Source of the DNA: Bacteroidales bacterium
Lineage (GTDB): Bacteria > Bacteroidota > Bacteroidia > Bacteroidales > S143-33
Direction: 5' to 3'
Length of the DNA: 44,314 bases
Assembly (NCBI GenBank): GCA_027031265.1
Contig: JALVRO010000097.1
Location: 1-44,314, forward strand
The notes under the pieces were generated by a model. The model searched no databases. It was not told the DNA's origin and saw nothing but the letters and a program-made list of their open reading frames with translations. The translations under genes and the position numbers were made by a program. Every line of letters starts with the position of its first letter. The first letter of the stretch is position 1. Below, in pieces: positions 17,982 through 26,986 of this stretch.

Positions 17982-19487
17982 TTATGTTAGGTCAGAATAA
18001 TCCTTGAAATTCTCACGATGGCGACGGAATGGAAACCTTCTTCCTTGCTGGTTCTGGCGGTTTTCCCTACTACGATTGTTAGATTTTTTGTCATTGTCCT
18101 GACCATTGGCAGATTCTGCTGGTTGTGTGTCTTCCTGTTCATTCCCACTAATCTGGAGAGGCTCGTCTATGTGGGTCTCGATGGTCTCGTCTGTGACAAT
18201 ATCCTCATGTTGAGGCAGGGAAGCATCCAGTTCCAACTCTTCATCAACTGTCCCAACCTCTGTTTGTATTTGTTGCGATAGTTTCTGCTCCTGTTGCTCT
18301 TGTTTATCTTCCACTGGCTGTGGGGATTGCTTTGCTTCTTTGACCTGGTCAGCCTTGTCTTCCTCCTGCATACTCTCTACTTCCTGTATTTCTGATGGCT
18401 TAGCTGGCTTGAGTGTATGCATAAGATCCTCCATATTCTGCTTTTCCAGAGGCTTTGCCTCACCCAGCATCTGTCTGTTCTTGTAAATTGTTCGCGCGAC
18501 AAACAAGGCATTAACAAAAGAATTGTGATCAGCTTTATTCAGGCCAGCTATATCATAAGCCACACCGTGATCAGGAGAGGTGCGTATTATTGGCAACCCA
18601 GCAGTGTAATTAACACCCTGACCCCGACTGAGAACCTTGAAAGGAATTAAGCCCTGGTCATGATACATAGCCAGTACACCGTCAAAATTCTTGTAATTTT
18701 CCGAAGCAAAGAACCCATCTGCAGCATAAGGACCCAAGACATTAATGCCCTCTTCCTTGGCTTTTTCTATAGCTGGTATAATGATTTTTTGCTCTTCGTC
18801 ACCTATAAGTCCTTCATCACCAGCGTGTGGATTGAGAGAGAGCACTGCTATTAACGGTCCATCAATGGCAAAGTCTGTCTTGAGGCTTTTGTTAAACAAG
18901 CGAATCTTTGAGAGGATCTTCTCCTCTGTCAGCTCACCTGCCACATCACGCAATGGCACATGGTCTGTTACCACTGCGACACGCAAATCCTCATGTACCA
19001 TAAGCATCAGTACATCATCCACGCCAAACTCCTTGGCCAGATACCATGTGTGACCTTTGAACTGGAAATTATCACTATAAATAGCTGGCTTGCTAATAGG
19101 AGCTGTGACCAGTATATCTATCTTCCCTTCTTTCAGGTCACGTACCGCAGCCTGAAGTGCTGTCAAGGCAGCCTCTCCTGCTATCTCTGTGGCCTGGCCA
19201 AGCTCCACACGCACTTTATTACTGACGCAATTAATGATATTTACCGCTTTCCTGTCTGCACGCTCAGGTGCTTTGATATGGTTAAGCGTGACCTGTGGTA
19301 TCTTTAGCATTTTTTTGTAATAGGCTGCGACCTTGGGCGAGCCATAAATTATGGGTGTAAAAAACTCCAGCATTCGATGGTCGCGAAACGCCTTGAGGAT
19401 TATTTCATAGCTGATACCATTTATATCACCATGTGTGATACCAACTCTGATTTTCTGAATTTTTATGTCTGGTTTTTCGATTTCCAT
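17982..19487 (-). CDS. pdxA: 4-hydroxythreonine-4-phosphate dehydrogenase PdxA with a ~155-aa low-complexity C-terminal extension
   Basis: The PdxA core covers about aa 1-345 (GITHGDINGISYEII, LNPHAGDEGLIG, RTSPDHGVAYDIAG). An E/Q/D-rich tail follows, ending in an Arg-rich stretch (NRSRENRQNQQGRRFPFRRHRENF). Confidence 0.9.
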   Translation of the reverse strand: MEIEKPDIKIQKIRVGITHGDINGISYEIILKAFRDHRMLEFFTPIIYGSPKVAAYYKKMLKIPQVTLNHIKAPERADRKAVNIINCVSNKVRVELGQATEIAGEAALTALQAAVRDLKEGKIDILVTAPISKPAIYSDNFQFKGHTWYLAKEFGVDDVLMLMVHEDLRVAVVTDHVPLRDVAGELTEEKILSKIRLFNKSLKTDFAIDGPLIAVLSLNPHAGDEGLIGDEEQKIIIPAIEKAKEEGINVLGPYAADGFFASENYKNFDGVLAMYHDQGLIPFKVLSRGQGVNYTAGLPIIRTSPDHGVAYDIAGLNKADHNSFVNALFVARTIYKNRQMLGEAKPLEKQNMEDLMHTLKPAKPSEIQEVESMQEEDKADQVKEAKQSPQPVEDKQEQQEQKLSQQIQTEVGTVDEELELDASLPQHEDIVTDETIETHIDEPLQISGNEQEDTQPAESANGQDNDKKSNNRSRENRQNQQGRRFPFRRHRENFKDYSDLT

Positions 19488-19495
19488 AGTGCTGA

Positions 19496-20065
19496 TTATT
19501 TTCTGATTACAATAACTTCATTGTTTTTTCCCAGTTTAATAACTGACGAAGGACGTGCACGGCGTGTGTCATTCTGTCGCCAGCGCACTATATAGTCAAC
19601 AGCGTTTTTGATTTCATCAGATATTTCACTGAAATTAGCCGGGCTTGGTCGGCCAGAAACATTTGCAGAAGTGGAAACTATTGGCCTGCCCAGGGCACGT
19701 ATCAAATCTCGGCAAAAATCATCCCTAACCACGCGCACACCTATAGTCCCATCCTCAGAGATAAGATTTTTTGCCAGGTTCCTTGCTCCTGGATAAATAA
19801 TTGTCAATGGACGATTGGTTACCCTTATCAGTTCCCATGCCATAGAGGGTACATAAGCATATTCCTTCAGACGGCTGGTGTCATCCACAAGGATTAGCAT
19901 GCTCTTGGTATTACTGCGTTTCTTTATCTCATAAATACGCTGGACAGCTTGCTCATTCGTTGCATCACATCCCAGACCCCAGATAGTGTCTGTGGGATAT
20001 AGTATTACGCCCCCATTCTTGAGTACTTCTACTGCTTTTTGTATATCTTTTTCGTATGGTTTCAT
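19496..20065 (-). CDS. tsaC: L-threonylcarbamoyladenylate synthase (YrdC/TsaC type, single domain)
   Basis: 189 aa. GGVILYPTDTIWGLGCDA, PLTIIY, IVSTSANVSG. The stop is 8 nt before the pdxA start. Confidence 0.85.
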   Translation of the reverse strand: MKPYEKDIQKAVEVLKNGGVILYPTDTIWGLGCDATNEQAVQRIYEIKKRSNTKSMLILVDDTSRLKEYAYVPSMAWELIRVTNRPLTIIYPGARNLAKNLISEDGTIGVRVVRDDFCRDLIRALGRPIVSTSANVSGRPSPANFSEISDEIKNAVDYIVRWRQNDTRRARPSSVIKLGKNNEVIVIRK

Positions 20066-20117
20066 AGTACAGACTTAGTCATTTTCAGATGCAAAGTTAA
20101 CAAAAAGAAATGAAGTT

Positions 20118-20125
20118 TATTTTTG
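20118..20125 (+). promoter_or_regulatory. Candidate -7 box for gene 20169..20804
   Basis: TATTTTTG 43 nt upstream of the ATG. A reverse-strand TAACTTTG (20092..20099) faces tsaC. Confidence 0.3.
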
Positions 20126-20168
20126 TGCTTGTATTTTTTTAAATTAGCAGTAAAAAAAACAGGACATC

Positions 20169-20804
20169 ATGCGCAAATTCTGGTTAATCATTCTTTCCAT
20201 CTCATTGTTCTTTCCACTTACAGCACAGAAATACGTTTTTGACAACAAAGCTGTGTATCAAGGTGTTGGACTTTTCCAGAACAAACCACAGTCTGGTAAG
20301 TTCGTCCTTTATTGGAGCAGCGACAAACAAATCATTGGTCTGGAAATATTTGACCGTGAAGGAACATTTGTATCAATGACAATCTTTGACCCACAAAAAA
20401 ACCGCCTTATAGGCCTGGATGAAAGAGAAAAAACTGGATTCATTGTGCCTTATAATCAATACGCTACAAACCCTGTTAACAAGGACCTGCTGGATAGCAC
20501 ACATTACAAAGGCACCAGCCAGATAAATAATAAACCTTGCAGCAAGTACCAGTATACTTTCTCCAATGGTCAGACAACCACCCTGTGTATAAGCCAGGAT
20601 CAGTTTAACTCCGCCCTTCTCAAAATCCTCAAAAAGACAGGATATAATTTCATGCGCCTTCCTTATGGCTTTAAGGGAGTTATTTCAAGCTATACCCTTA
20701 ACAACAGCAAAGGAGTACAAATAGCACATCTGGAACTCACAGAACTGACACAGGGCAAATTACACGCATTTGACATGGGTAAATACAAGCTGCAGAGATT
20801 CTAA
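20169..20804 (+). CDS. Secreted hypothetical protein
   Basis: 211 aa. Signal peptide MRKFWLIILSISLFFPLTAQ and a clean ATG. No motif I can assign. Confidence 0.55.
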   Translation: MRKFWLIILSISLFFPLTAQKYVFDNKAVYQGVGLFQNKPQSGKFVLYWSSDKQIIGLEIFDREGTFVSMTIFDPQKNRLIGLDEREKTGFIVPYNQYATNPVNKDLLDSTHYKGTSQINNKPCSKYQYTFSNGQTTTLCISQDQFNSALLKILKKTGYNFMRLPYGFKGVISSYTLNNSKGVQIAHLELTELTQGKLHAFDMGKYKLQRF

Positions 20805-20917
20805 TACCAACCCTTAATCAAGTGCAAGCAGGCAGAAAAGCAACTTGCATTTGAAATTAATTTTAGGCTATTTCTGTTTAAGTATTTGATGTAACATAAT
20901 CCAAAAAAGAGGTTACT

Positions 20918-20935
20918 GGGGAGTTTAAACTCCCC
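20918..20935. terminator. Palindromic hairpin between convergent genes (20169..20804 and GH97)
   Basis: ggggagt ttaa actcccc, flanked by A/T-rich sequence. A second weaker hairpin (tgcaag...cttgcattt) sits at about 20820..20850. Confidence 0.45.
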
Positions 20936-20989
20936 AATAATTTATATGTGTTGAAGCCGTAGCTGTAGATGTAAATTGAGTCAGCTGGG

Positions 20990-22900
20990 CTATTTAGCTG
21001 GTATAAGTATTGCTGCAAAGCCACCGCCCCACTGCAGGTAAATATCCAATTTATCTCCTCTGGTCACTACCTGCTTCGCATATTCATAATGCGTAGGTTT
21101 GGACTCCGAATCTGGAGCATCTGCGATATACTCCATCTCATACTTCTGCCCTTCAGGTAGAAAATCAAACTTTACTGTATAAGGACGCGGACTCTCCCCA
21201 TTCATCACACCTATGTACCAGTTCTGACCATTACGACGAGCAACAGCTGCCATATCACCAGCCTTTCCATCCAGAGGAACGGTCTGGTCCCACACTGTCG
21301 GTATCCTGGAAATAAACTCAGTAGACTGACGGTTTTTCAGATAATTAGTCGGGCTATCGGCCAGCATCTGCAACGGACTGTAATAGACCACATACATCGC
21401 TATCTGATGAGCACGTGTGCCCATGACTCGCGGATGTTTCCAGCTTATAACAAACTGTTCTTTTGTTGTATTAAGCATTCCACCAGGCGTGTAATCCATT
21501 GGTCCCACCACATTACGGGTAAAAGGCAAAGTTACATTATGCGTAGGTGTAATGGATTTACTCCACTTATTATTCTCTGCACCACGCACACCTTCGTATG
21601 ACAGCACATTGGGATAAGCACGCCGCAGTCCTGCTGGTGAGAATGAACCATGAAAATCAACAACCAGGTGACGCTTGGCAGCTTCCCGTGCCACACGCTC
21701 GTAGAAATTAACCATTTTCTGGTCTGCTCGTTGCATAAAGTCCACCTTTATGCCAGCCGCACCCCATGCTGCAAAGCTATCAAGTACCTGCTCCATATTT
21801 TCGTCCAGAGGACCCCAGAGAGTCCACAGTATAATGCCCACATTTTTCTTGCGGCCGTAATCAATCAAATATTTAACATCCATCCCTGGGCGAAAATGCA
21901 ATAGGTCCCATGTTGTGCGCGACCATCCCTCATCAAAAATGACATATTCAAGCCCAAACTGCGAGGCAAAGTCAATGTAAAACTTGTATGTCTCAGTGTT
22001 AATACCCGGATCAAAATCAACTCCTTCCAGCTGGCGGGCATTCCACCAATCCCAGGCCACCTTCCCTGGCTTTACCCATGAAAAATCCATAGGCTCAGGC
22101 GCAGGACTGGACAGTTCCCAGACCAGATTTTTAGCAATCAAATCTTTCTCCTGTGGAGCTAACATAAAAAGCCGCCAGGGAAAAGAACGCTTGCCCACTG
22201 TAGCTGCTATATATGGAGCCTCCTTGACTATCACCTGGTTACGGTCTGAACGAATCTTGGCTGATTTGGGCTCCAATGGTACATGGGGGAATACGCCTTT
22301 TATTAGCCCATTCTCAACCCGTACAAACATGTGTGGATAATCATGTAAATCTGCTTCTGCCACAAGGATACTTACTCCCGATGAGCGAACCAGAACCGGT
22401 ATATACGCAAAATCCCCATCCTTTAGTTCACTAATTTTCACATGCTTATAAATGCGTTCCTGGTGTGAAATAAACCCTTTATCCTGCGGAAAAAAGATCT
22501 CATCATCAGGCGAAAAATACATGTCCAGCCCCTCATTATAAACCTTCAGCGAATCTGGTCTGTCTGCCTTCCACCTGTATGCAAAACCATTGTTATATAG
22601 CTCCATCTCGAGAGAAAAACCCTTGTTCAGAAACAGCACAAGTCCATAAGAGTTATTACTCTTGACTTTCACATCTTTTTTCACTTTCCAGTCATTATGT
22701 CCTGATTTATTGACAATAATATCCACATTCTGTGCTGTCAAAACACGCTGATTTTTGTAAAACAGCTGCCAGCTTATCTGGCCATCCACCGTTATGATTA
22801 CTTTGTAATCACCATTAGGCGAGAAAACAGAATAGCTGCCTGCCCATGATGAGTTTGTCCAAATCAACAGGGTAAGCACAAAAAGAAGTAAACGTCTCAT
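20990..22900 (-). CDS. Glycoside hydrolase family 97 (SusB-like alpha-glucosidase or related)
   Basis: 636 aa. Signal peptide, and a TIM-barrel core with GIKVDFMQRADQKMVNFYE and LSYEGVRGAENNKW that match GH97 as I remember it. Confidence 0.8.
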   Translation of the reverse strand: MRRLLLFVLTLLIWTNSSWAGSYSVFSPNGDYKVIITVDGQISWQLFYKNQRVLTAQNVDIIVNKSGHNDWKVKKDVKVKSNNSYGLVLFLNKGFSLEMELYNNGFAYRWKADRPDSLKVYNEGLDMYFSPDDEIFFPQDKGFISHQERIYKHVKISELKDGDFAYIPVLVRSSGVSILVAEADLHDYPHMFVRVENGLIKGVFPHVPLEPKSAKIRSDRNQVIVKEAPYIAATVGKRSFPWRLFMLAPQEKDLIAKNLVWELSSPAPEPMDFSWVKPGKVAWDWWNARQLEGVDFDPGINTETYKFYIDFASQFGLEYVIFDEGWSRTTWDLLHFRPGMDVKYLIDYGRKKNVGIILWTLWGPLDENMEQVLDSFAAWGAAGIKVDFMQRADQKMVNFYERVAREAAKRHLVVDFHGSFSPAGLRRAYPNVLSYEGVRGAENNKWSKSITPTHNVTLPFTRNVVGPMDYTPGGMLNTTKEQFVISWKHPRVMGTRAHQIAMYVVYYSPLQMLADSPTNYLKNRQSTEFISRIPTVWDQTVPLDGKAGDMAAVARRNGQNWYIGVMNGESPRPYTVKFDFLPEGQKYEMEYIADAPDSESKPTHYEYAKQVVTRGDKLDIYLQWGGGFAAILIPAK

Positions 22901-22917
22901 AAGTATGGGATTAAAAT

Positions 22918-24126
22918 TTATTTTATTTCCAGATAATTATCCGGATAAAGAAAGTCCTCATAAGGATAGCGAGTGACATGTATCTTGCGCACCTCTTGAT
23001 AAAGCAAATGCCTGAGCTCATCGAGTCCCTCCCTTTCCCTGGCAGAGATAAACACTGCCTTGGTATTGCCACGGGCAAGATAGGTCTGCTTCCAGTCTTC
23101 TATTGTAAAATTTTTCCTGGTCTTGGGCGTGAGGTCAAATTCATCTTTTTCCTCGTAACGGTACAGGTCTATCTTGTTAAACACCAGAATTATTGGTTTA
23201 TCTGCGGCCTTCAGATCCTGCAGGGTCTTATTAACCACATGGATATGATCCTCAAATTCAGGATGTGAAATATCCACTACATGCAGCAACAGGTCTGCTT
23301 CCCTTACCTCATCCAGTGTTGACTTGAATGACTCGACCAGATGTGTAGGTAGTTTCCGTATAAAACCAACAGTATCAGACAAGAGGAAAGGTAGATTCCC
23401 AATAACAACCTTACGTGTGGTGGTGTCCAGTGTTGCGAATAATTTATTCTCAGCAAAGACACCAGCCTTTGTCAGGGCATTCATCAGCGTGGACTTTCCC
23501 ACATTAGTATAACCAATCAATGCCACACGTACCAGCTTACCGCGACTCTTACGCTGGACAGCTTTTTGATTTTCATATTTTTTCAATGATCGACGCAGCC
23601 GTGCCATGTGTTCCCTGATGCGGCGGCGGTCTGTCTCCAGTTCTTTCTCACCAGGGCCACGCAATCCAATACCACCACGCTGACGCTCAAGGTGTTTCCA
23701 CATACCACGCAGGCGGGGCAACAAATATTCATATTGTGCAAGCTCTACCTGTGCCTTTGCTACGGCTGTCTTAGCCCGCATGGCAAAGATATCCAGAATA
23801 AGGCGGGTACGGTCAATGACTTTTACCTTGAGCATATTCTCCAGGCGTGACTGCTGCGCTGGCGAGAGATCATCATCAAAAATAACGAGATTCACCTTAT
23901 GAGTGCGGATAAAATCCTGAATCTCCTGCAGTTTTCCCAGTCCAACATAAGTACTGGGGTTCGGGCGCTCCAAACGTTGCTTGAAGCGCCCGGTAACACT
24001 GGCACCTGCTGTATATGCTAGAAATTCAAGCTCATCGAGATATTCATCAACCTTGTCCTCGGGGTCTTTTTTCAAAGACACACCGACTAAAACTGCTTTT
24101 TCCAGTGCTTGCCTGACTTTGTCCAT
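22918..24126 (-). CDS. hflX: GTPase HflX
   Basis: HflX N-domain (LEFLAYTAGA, IFDDDLSPAQQSRLE), G1 GYTNVGKST, G3 DTVGF, G4 NKID. The track start 24183 is a non-conserved extension; I use MDKVRQALEKAVLVGV at ATG 24126. Confidence 0.93.
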   Translation of the reverse strand: MDKVRQALEKAVLVGVSLKKDPEDKVDEYLDELEFLAYTAGASVTGRFKQRLERPNPSTYVGLGKLQEIQDFIRTHKVNLVIFDDDLSPAQQSRLENMLKVKVIDRTRLILDIFAMRAKTAVAKAQVELAQYEYLLPRLRGMWKHLERQRGGIGLRGPGEKELETDRRRIREHMARLRRSLKKYENQKAVQRKSRGKLVRVALIGYTNVGKSTLMNALTKAGVFAENKLFATLDTTTRKVVIGNLPFLLSDTVGFIRKLPTHLVESFKSTLDEVREADLLLHVVDISHPEFEDHIHVVNKTLQDLKAADKPIILVFNKIDLYRYEEKDEFDLTPKTRKNFTIEDWKQTYLARGNTKAVFISAREREGLDELRHLLYQEVRKIHVTRYPYEDFLYPDNYLEIK

Positions 24127-24179
24127 ATAAATTTTTACTGTTTCATACAGAGCAAAAATACTAAAAACCAGCGCTATTC

Positions 24180-25358
24180 TCAATACTTACGCACAAGGAA
24201 ATATTTATTATCAACAAGTGCCTGCCATATAACATCTTTGAGAGTCTCACCAGCAGCCAGAATCATATCCAGATTGTGTGGAAATGGCACAGGCTTATTG
24301 TCCATCAGATCACGTGTGCGATCCGAACAAGCCCGCTCATCACCACCAACCGAGGCATAAGCATTAAAGAAACGGTGCTCTGCTGAGATAGGCACTGAAT
24401 TAACAATCTGGCCAGTGTGGGTATCATAGTATTGCAGTTCGCCAATGATTGTTGCTACTTTTATCTGCTGAAACTCCCTGACCCGGCATGAGACAGTCGA
24501 ATACTTAGGTATTTTTATAGGATGGCCATTAGAATCCAGCATTACATTGCCATTGGCATCGCGCTTAATATAATAACCTGTTTTTATTTTTCTGGATTCT
24601 GTGTAATTTTTCTCCACCTCCTTGTCAGCAGTTATATTAGCTGCTTTTAGCACCACATAAACAATAATAGAATAATCACCATTACGTGCGTCCCTATTAT
24701 GGTAGATTATCCACTGGGAATTAAGTTTATCCAATGGGAAGTTTACCAGATTCTGCAGATAATCATCAGGTAATCTGTAGATTGTCCTATTTACAGGCTT
24801 TAGCAGGACATAGGTTGTTCCTTTCTCCAGACACTGTGCCATGAGATTATCCACATCCAGGTAAGCCGGATTATAAAACTTAGCCTTACGGAATTCTTCA
24901 TAAGCCTTACGGCAAGCATATCTATTACCCTCCTTCATCAGTCTTTTGCCCATAGCATAATGATACTGGGCAGCCCTGTTCTTAGCTTCTATAATAGAGG
25001 GGTCATAGTCCACATGGTCAAACTTTACAGTATGATTACCAATGCTCACAGGAGTGACAGTCTCGACCAGGTCCTGGCGTTTTTTCAGCTTAATGTATAG
25101 ATTGTAAATCTCATCCCAGTTTCCAGGCTGGCCTTCCTGCTTGAGGAACTTTATTCTTTCCATATCCCGTTCCACAGCCCTGGGATAAGCTATGCCCAAA
25201 ATTTTAGCCTGTTTTTCATTATTGGGATTACGCTGGAGTTTCTTAACTGCAATATTAACTGCTTCGTCATATTGACCCGTGCGTAATAATTTCTCTGTGC
25301 TCTTACAGGAAGTAAACACAAGCACTAAAACAATAAGAAAATAGAAAACTTTCTTCAT
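24180..25358 (-). CDS. Lipoprotein of unknown function (helical or TPR-like N-terminal part)
   Basis: 392 aa. Lipobox LVLVFTSC after a signal peptide. No family recognised. Confidence 0.6.
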   Translation of the reverse strand: MKKVFYFLIVLVLVFTSCKSTEKLLRTGQYDEAVNIAVKKLQRNPNNEKQAKILGIAYPRAVERDMERIKFLKQEGQPGNWDEIYNLYIKLKKRQDLVETVTPVSIGNHTVKFDHVDYDPSIIEAKNRAAQYHYAMGKRLMKEGNRYACRKAYEEFRKAKFYNPAYLDVDNLMAQCLEKGTTYVLLKPVNRTIYRLPDDYLQNLVNFPLDKLNSQWIIYHNRDARNGDYSIIVYVVLKAANITADKEVEKNYTESRKIKTGYYIKRDANGNVMLDSNGHPIKIPKYSTVSCRVREFQQIKVATIIGELQYYDTHTGQIVNSVPISAEHRFFNAYASVGGDERACSDRTRDLMDNKPVPFPHNLDMILAAGETLKDVIWQALVDNKYFLVRKY

Positions 25359-25384
25359 GGTTAATCAGATTTGATATTTTTTTG

Positions 25385-25392
25385 TAAATTTG
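25385..25392 (+). promoter_or_regulatory. Candidate -7 box for pepE
   Basis: TAAATTTG 47 nt upstream of ATG 25440. Confidence 0.3.
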
Positions 25393-25439
25393 GTTAATTT
25401 TACCTCTAAATACAAACTAAATTTATAAAACACGTTGTT

Positions 25440-26159
25440 ATGATGAGACTTTTGTTGATAAGTAATTCTACCAATGCTGGAGAAGAATATCTTGAGCACT
25501 CATTACCTAAAATTAAAAAGTTTCTCGGAAATTTTCAGCCACAAAATGCAATATTTATACCTTATGCAGCAGTCACTTTCAGCTTTGACCAATACGAACA
25601 AAAGGTCGACGAACGCCTTGAGGCCATTGGTCTGAAAGTAAAATCCATTCATCATTACCCTGATCCCAGTGATGCTGTCCAGCATGCTGATTTGATTATT
25701 ATTGGAGGAGGGAATACTTTTCATTTACTCAAGCTCATGCAGGATAATAATATTATTGAGCCAATACAGCAGAAAGTGATGGAAGGCACACCATACATTG
25801 GCTGGAGCGCAGGTAGCAATGTGGCCTGCCCTACTATTAAGACAACCAATGACATGCCTATCGTCGAACCCGTGTCTTTCAATGCCCTCAGTCTGGTTCA
25901 TTTTCAGATTAATCCACATTATCTAGATGCAAACCCCGAAGGTCATGCTGGCGAGACACGTGAGCAGCGTATTGAGGAGTTTATCGAGGTTAACCGCAAT
26001 GTTTATGTTATTGGACTAAGGGAAGGCACAGCATTGGTTATCGAAGATCACAAGATAGAGCTAATCGGAGAGCGGCCGGCCCGCGTGTTCCACTTTGGTA
26101 AAGAACCTGTTGAGCTCGGACCCAAAGACGACTTATCTTTTCTTAATCTGGATTTCTGA
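25440..26159 (+). CDS. pepE: Dipeptidase E (peptidase S51)
   Basis: 239 aa. IIGGGNTFHLL, nucleophile context YIGWSAGSNV, FQINPHY. Confidence 0.88.
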   Translation: MMRLLLISNSTNAGEEYLEHSLPKIKKFLGNFQPQNAIFIPYAAVTFSFDQYEQKVDERLEAIGLKVKSIHHYPDPSDAVQHADLIIIGGGNTFHLLKLMQDNNIIEPIQQKVMEGTPYIGWSAGSNVACPTIKTTNDMPIVEPVSFNALSLVHFQINPHYLDANPEGHAGETREQRIEEFIEVNRNVYVIGLREGTALVIEDHKIELIGERPARVFHFGKEPVELGPKDDLSFLNLDF

Positions 26160-26256
26160 ATTTTGTGCCAAATCGATTTTAAAAGATAAGGATATAATCT
26201 TTCAAACACATACCTCGAGGAAGTATGTCCTGCTGATAAGCCTGTCCAAAACTAGA

Positions 26257-26273
26257 GCGGGGCATAGCCCCGC
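26257..26273. terminator. GC-rich hairpin between convergent pepE and the small membrane gene
   Basis: gcggggc ata gccccgc (7-bp all-G/C stem) in an otherwise AT-rich spacer. There is no clear U-tract. Confidence 0.4.
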
Positions 26274-26339
26274 CCTGGTTCCGCTAACTCACAAAAGGCC
26301 TTTTCCCTGAAATTCTATCTCTTAGTCCAAACCAGACTC

Positions 26340-26669
26340 TTACTTATATCTAGGTTCCCAGACTCTGGACCTAAGCACCAGCGCAGAAAAAACTGTGTAA
26401 ATAATCACAGCTATCATTATTATCAGAAACCTTATGTATGGCTCTCCGCTGTGTACTCTCTCCATAGCAATCTGCACTGTTGTATAAATCCACGAAACAG
26501 TGGCAAGGTAAAGTACATACTCCATTACTCTCAATGCCCATCTATGCTTGACTAAAAACAACAGAGGAATGAACAAGACCAGGTACGACCAGGGATCAAG
26601 ATGATGACGGCTCAGATGTGCCCAGAACAAGATGTAAGACAAAACTACAACAATAATTCTCCAGACCAT
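26340..26669 (-). CDS. Small 3-4 TM membrane protein, unknown function
   Basis: 109 aa, strongly hydrophobic. ATG start with a CAAAACTA (reverse TAnnTTTG) box 17 nt upstream. Confidence 0.5.
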   Translation of the reverse strand: MVWRIIVVVLSYILFWAHLSRHHLDPWSYLVLFIPLLFLVKHRWALRVMEYVLYLATVSWIYTTVQIAMERVHSGEPYIRFLIIMIAVIIYTVFSALVLRSRVWEPRYK

Positions 26670-26686
26670 AGCAAAGGTTTTTCTTT

Positions 26687-26715
26687 CAAAACTAGAAAAA
26701 TTATTACTTGCAAAA
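26687..26715 (-). promoter_or_regulatory. Candidate promoter for the small membrane gene 26340..26669
   Basis: On the minus strand, TTTG (26715..26712), a 17-nt spacer, then TAGTTTTG (26694..26687), 17 nt before the ATG. The spacer is slightly short of consensus. Confidence 0.3.
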
Positions 26716-26951
26716 TTTTATCTCTCCATGCTTTATAGCAGGTTTCTCTCCACTCAGGGGCATCAGATACACAAAAACCAAGCACACAGTAAATTAACAA
26801 CATTTTTTAAACTGCAATACATGAAAAAGCCTAATTTAAAATATCATCAGGGCAACCCCTGTCCGGGGCAGCAAAACGGCTATATGTTTAAATTTGAACA
26901 AATTCTAAACACTGAAGGTTAAATTGTTTTTTAACAAAACACAGGAAATAT

Positions 26952-26959
26952 TATTTTTG
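26952..26959 (+). promoter_or_regulatory. Candidate -7 box for tyrS
   Basis: TATTTTTG (TAnnTTTG) 27 nt upstream of ATG 26987. No well-spaced -33 TTTG. Confidence 0.3.
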
Positions 26960-26986
26960 CATTTAAACCTGTGAAAAAATAAGACT

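Noticed and set aside
24127-24183. 19-codon extension of hflX overlapping the upstream lipoprotein stop
   Set aside because: It is a hydrophobic, non-conserved peptide. The HflX N-terminus begins at MDKVRQ (ATG 24126).
20169-25358. Possible polysaccharide-utilisation locus around the GH97 gene
   Set aside because: There are no SusC/SusD-like genes or hybrid two-component regulator in the neighbourhood. GH97 sits 17 nt downstream of hflX and appears to be an isolated hydrolase gene.
26670-26986. Possible T-box or leader RNA, or a 64-aa ORF (26728..26922), in the 317-nt spacer upstream of tyrS
   Set aside because: I could find no specifier-loop or T-box (tggt-containing) antiterminator arrangement, and T-boxes are not expected in Bacteroidota. 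The ORF has no start context and a nonsense-like composition. The only notable element is a short cccc/gggg hairpin at 26856..26868, too weak to call.
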